Position numbers and translations under genes: made by a program. The notes beneath the pieces were generated by a model, which worked only from the letters and a program-made list of their open reading frames with translations, ran no database searches and was not told where the DNA came from. A DNA stretch of 64,000 nt from the human T2T-CHM13v2.0 reference genome, Homo sapiens. The stretch lies in assembly GCF_009914755.1 (NCBI RefSeq), contig NC_060934.1; one strand, 5' to 3'. The first letter of the stretch is position 1. The number at the start of each line of letters is the position of its first letter. This document shows positions 61,365 through 64,000 of this stretch, piece by piece.

Positions 61365-61920
61365 CATTCAGTTTTTTATTTTGGAGAATTACTCTGGATT
61401 GTCTAGGCTCTGTGCTCTCCACATATATTTTTGAAATAGTTTGTGAATTTCTACAAAAACTCCTGCTCAGAATTTTCACTGAGAGTATGCTTAATCTATG
61501 GGTTAATTTGTGAGAAATTGATAGCTTAACAATAGTGAATCTTCTGATCTACAAGTGTGGTATTTCTCTCCATTTATTTAGGTCTTCTTTATTTTGATAG
61601 CGTTTTGTAGCTTTCAATGTACAGATCTTGCAAATATCTTGTTAAATATTTCCCTAATTACTTGATATTTATTTTTGATGCTGTTATAGTTATATTTTAA
61701 AAATTTTGATTCCAATTGTTGCTAATACATAGAAATGAAATTATTTATTGACCTCTTATCCTGTGACATTGATAAACGCAGTCATGTATTCGTAGATTTC
61801 TAGAATTTTTCTATATAGACTATCATATATATCATCTGCAAATAAAGACGGTTTTACATTTTCCTTTCCAATCTCTATGCCTTTTGTTTCTTTCTCATGC
61901 CTCATTGTGTGGTCCATTAC
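61365..61920 (-). mobile_element. Old L1M ORF2 fragment
   Basis: TTCTCTCCATTTATTTAGGTCTTCTTT and ATCATCTGCAAATAAAGAC (RT FADD region, antisense). Confidence 0.75.
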
Positions 61921-64000
61921 TGAACGGCAGCCAGTTCCAGCTTTCTGTTCAATTAAGGAGCAGGTAAAATGGCCAGGCCTTGACCTTTCAGGGGGCTTCC
62001 CGTCCTCATTGCCTTCTGCTGCCTCAGTTCTGGCTTAACAGAACAGTGTGGGGAGGAGGCATGGTCCTTACCTACTAGGGCGTTACTTGGCCTTCTTCAG
62101 GTTGGTTGCTTCGTCAGGTTTAAGAGCTCACCTGGGCTGCAGTTCAGGCTAGGTTATCTGCTGACCTGGCCCTGTCTCCCTTCTGTAGTGTCTGTGGGGT
62201 ACCCTTGTAAGCTAGGGAGAAGAGACACACGTGAAGGCCAGAAAAAACAGCCTGCCACACAGCTTCCCTGGATCATACCTTCGCAGTGACATGACGACGT
62301 CGTTAGGAGGCGCCGAGGTGGCTGAGTGGGTCTCCAGACACCTCCCTTTACCTCTCTGCTGTGCCACTGATGTGTGACTTGCTTACACCTATGCAGAGCT
62401 GCCACTGAGCAGCACTGTGGCCAGTCCTTTGGATTTTCTTCTTTCTAAATTGTATGCCGTGGCTTGATCAAGCATTTCATATACAGTAGATCATGAAATC
62501 AGCATAGAAAACACATTGAGGTAGGTGGTGTTACCACATTTTATGGATGAGAGGCTAACACTTGGAGGAGTCAGGTAACATGTCCAAGGCCACACAGCTA
62601 GTGAGTACCCTGCTGAGGGTCACACTCTGGTCCATCTGAGGCCAGAGCCTGTGCCAGCCTTCTCCTCATGCTGATAGACGAGGAAACAGAAAGAAGGAGC
62701 AGTGGACGCCCCCACCCTCTGTCCCCTGAACCCCTTGGAGAGTAGGCAGTGGCAGAGCCAGCCTGGGCCCATCTATGGGAATTCTCCATCGGGATTGACT
62801 CCTCTGGAAGGAAGACAGTTGACCCACAGTTGAGATCACAGCAGATGGGCCAGCCAGGGTGTCTGTAGACCATCAGGCAGTGGCCACTCCATGTAGTTTA
62901 ATGGACAAGCCCTTTTAATGGAACAGGAATCTAACACTGAACCAAGCTGCTTTTAGACACACTTTTATTCCTCACTCTGAAATGGCGTTTGGACAAGCCA
63001 AATATTTCTTCTTCTTTCAGTTGACATTTTGTCCATCTTTGAACTGTTAGTTGATGCTTCTTCTGTTTAGTTATTCCTGTTCTATTTTCCTGTTGCCACT
63101 AGTCCACCCAGGGATGGTAAGAATGGAAGTCAATGGTTGCTTTTTCATCTGAGATGCACCACGAAGGCTTGTCAGTCAGCCTTGTCATATGGTCTGTGCT
63201 CCCACTGCTCCTTCTTTCTGTTTCCTCATCTGCAGAATTTGGAGAGTCCTGGACCTGATCTCAAATTTCACATGTTATTTATCTTCCTGCAGCACGCTGG
63301 GGAGAGGAAGAGACAGGGACATAGAAGGTTGGAGCTGGAACAGACTTCACATCTCATTCCAGAGGCATTTGGTCCATCTTACAGATGAGGAAATGGAGGC
63401 TGCTCAGTGGACTGAGGCTGGAACTGGGCCTTCCAGTGGCCAGGCCAGATCCTCCTTGATCTCCCTTGTTGCTTTCCTGGTGGGAAGACCCTGGAACCAC
63501 TTTATGTGACTGTGTGAGAAGGGAACTGCCTCTCATTTTACCCAGCAAAATCCACCTTCAATCCATCTTCATTTTTGCCCCTGGTGTGGGCAAATTCTCC
63601 CATACCTAATTCAGGAAGCCAGAAAGAGGAAGTGAGTTAATGATCCTTAGTGGGAAGGCGCTGGTAATGGTCCTTCTTGTGAGAGTTTCTGAAACACCAC
63701 GCTGTCTCTGTGTTCTGGCCTGGCTGGAGTTAAACCTCTTCTTGGCCTTTCCCCAGGAAGCTGGTCTGAGGAAGCCCAGATGCGTTTGTTTACAGCTGTC
63801 TGGTGACATTCGCCAGGCTCTGTTTTCAGAAGGAACATTTCCATTCCCTTATTTACACCTCCCATTGGAGTGCTCGGGGGGACACACCAATTATTTGCAA
63901 CTACCTGGAAACCTAGGAGGGTAGCAGATCTGTAGGAGGCCAGTGTTGAAGTGAGAAGCTGTAGATCTGGTGACACTGTGGGCTTGGGAGGGCTTGCCCA

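Overview
Human chromosome 10q26 AMD locus, all three genes on the + strand. The window holds the 3' part of PLEKHA1/TAPP1 (coding exons 2448-2512, 3145-3208, 5190-5279, alternative exon from 6524, last exon 7866-8180, 3'UTR to ~10590), a ~22 kb repeat-rich intergenic region, the complete two-exon ARMS2 gene (CDS 32962-33258 + 35144-35170), and the HTRA1 CpG-island promoter, exon 1 (CDS 39506-39977) and the first ~24 kb of intron 1. The sequence is the AMD-risk haplotype: ARMS2 Ser69, the 54-nt AT-rich insertion in the ARMS2 3'UTR, A at HTRA1 -625, and T at HTRA1 c.102 and c.108. No prokaryote-type system (CRISPR, operon, defence island) is present and almost all ORF-track entries are repeat- or GC-derived noise. 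The most interesting unexplained signals are: the self-templated internal structure of the 54-nt insertion, which adds TAATTA sites and an ATTAAA hexamer; a dual-frame PLEKHA1 last exon controlling the PDZ motif, with a (TG)15-flanked cryptic acceptor; an overlapping uORF over the ARMS2 start; a ~110-bp non-Alu inverted repeat upstream of HTRA1; a palindromic 76-bp minisatellite in HTRA1 intron 1; and local templated duplications. rsIDs and repeat subfamily names are from memory and were not looked up.
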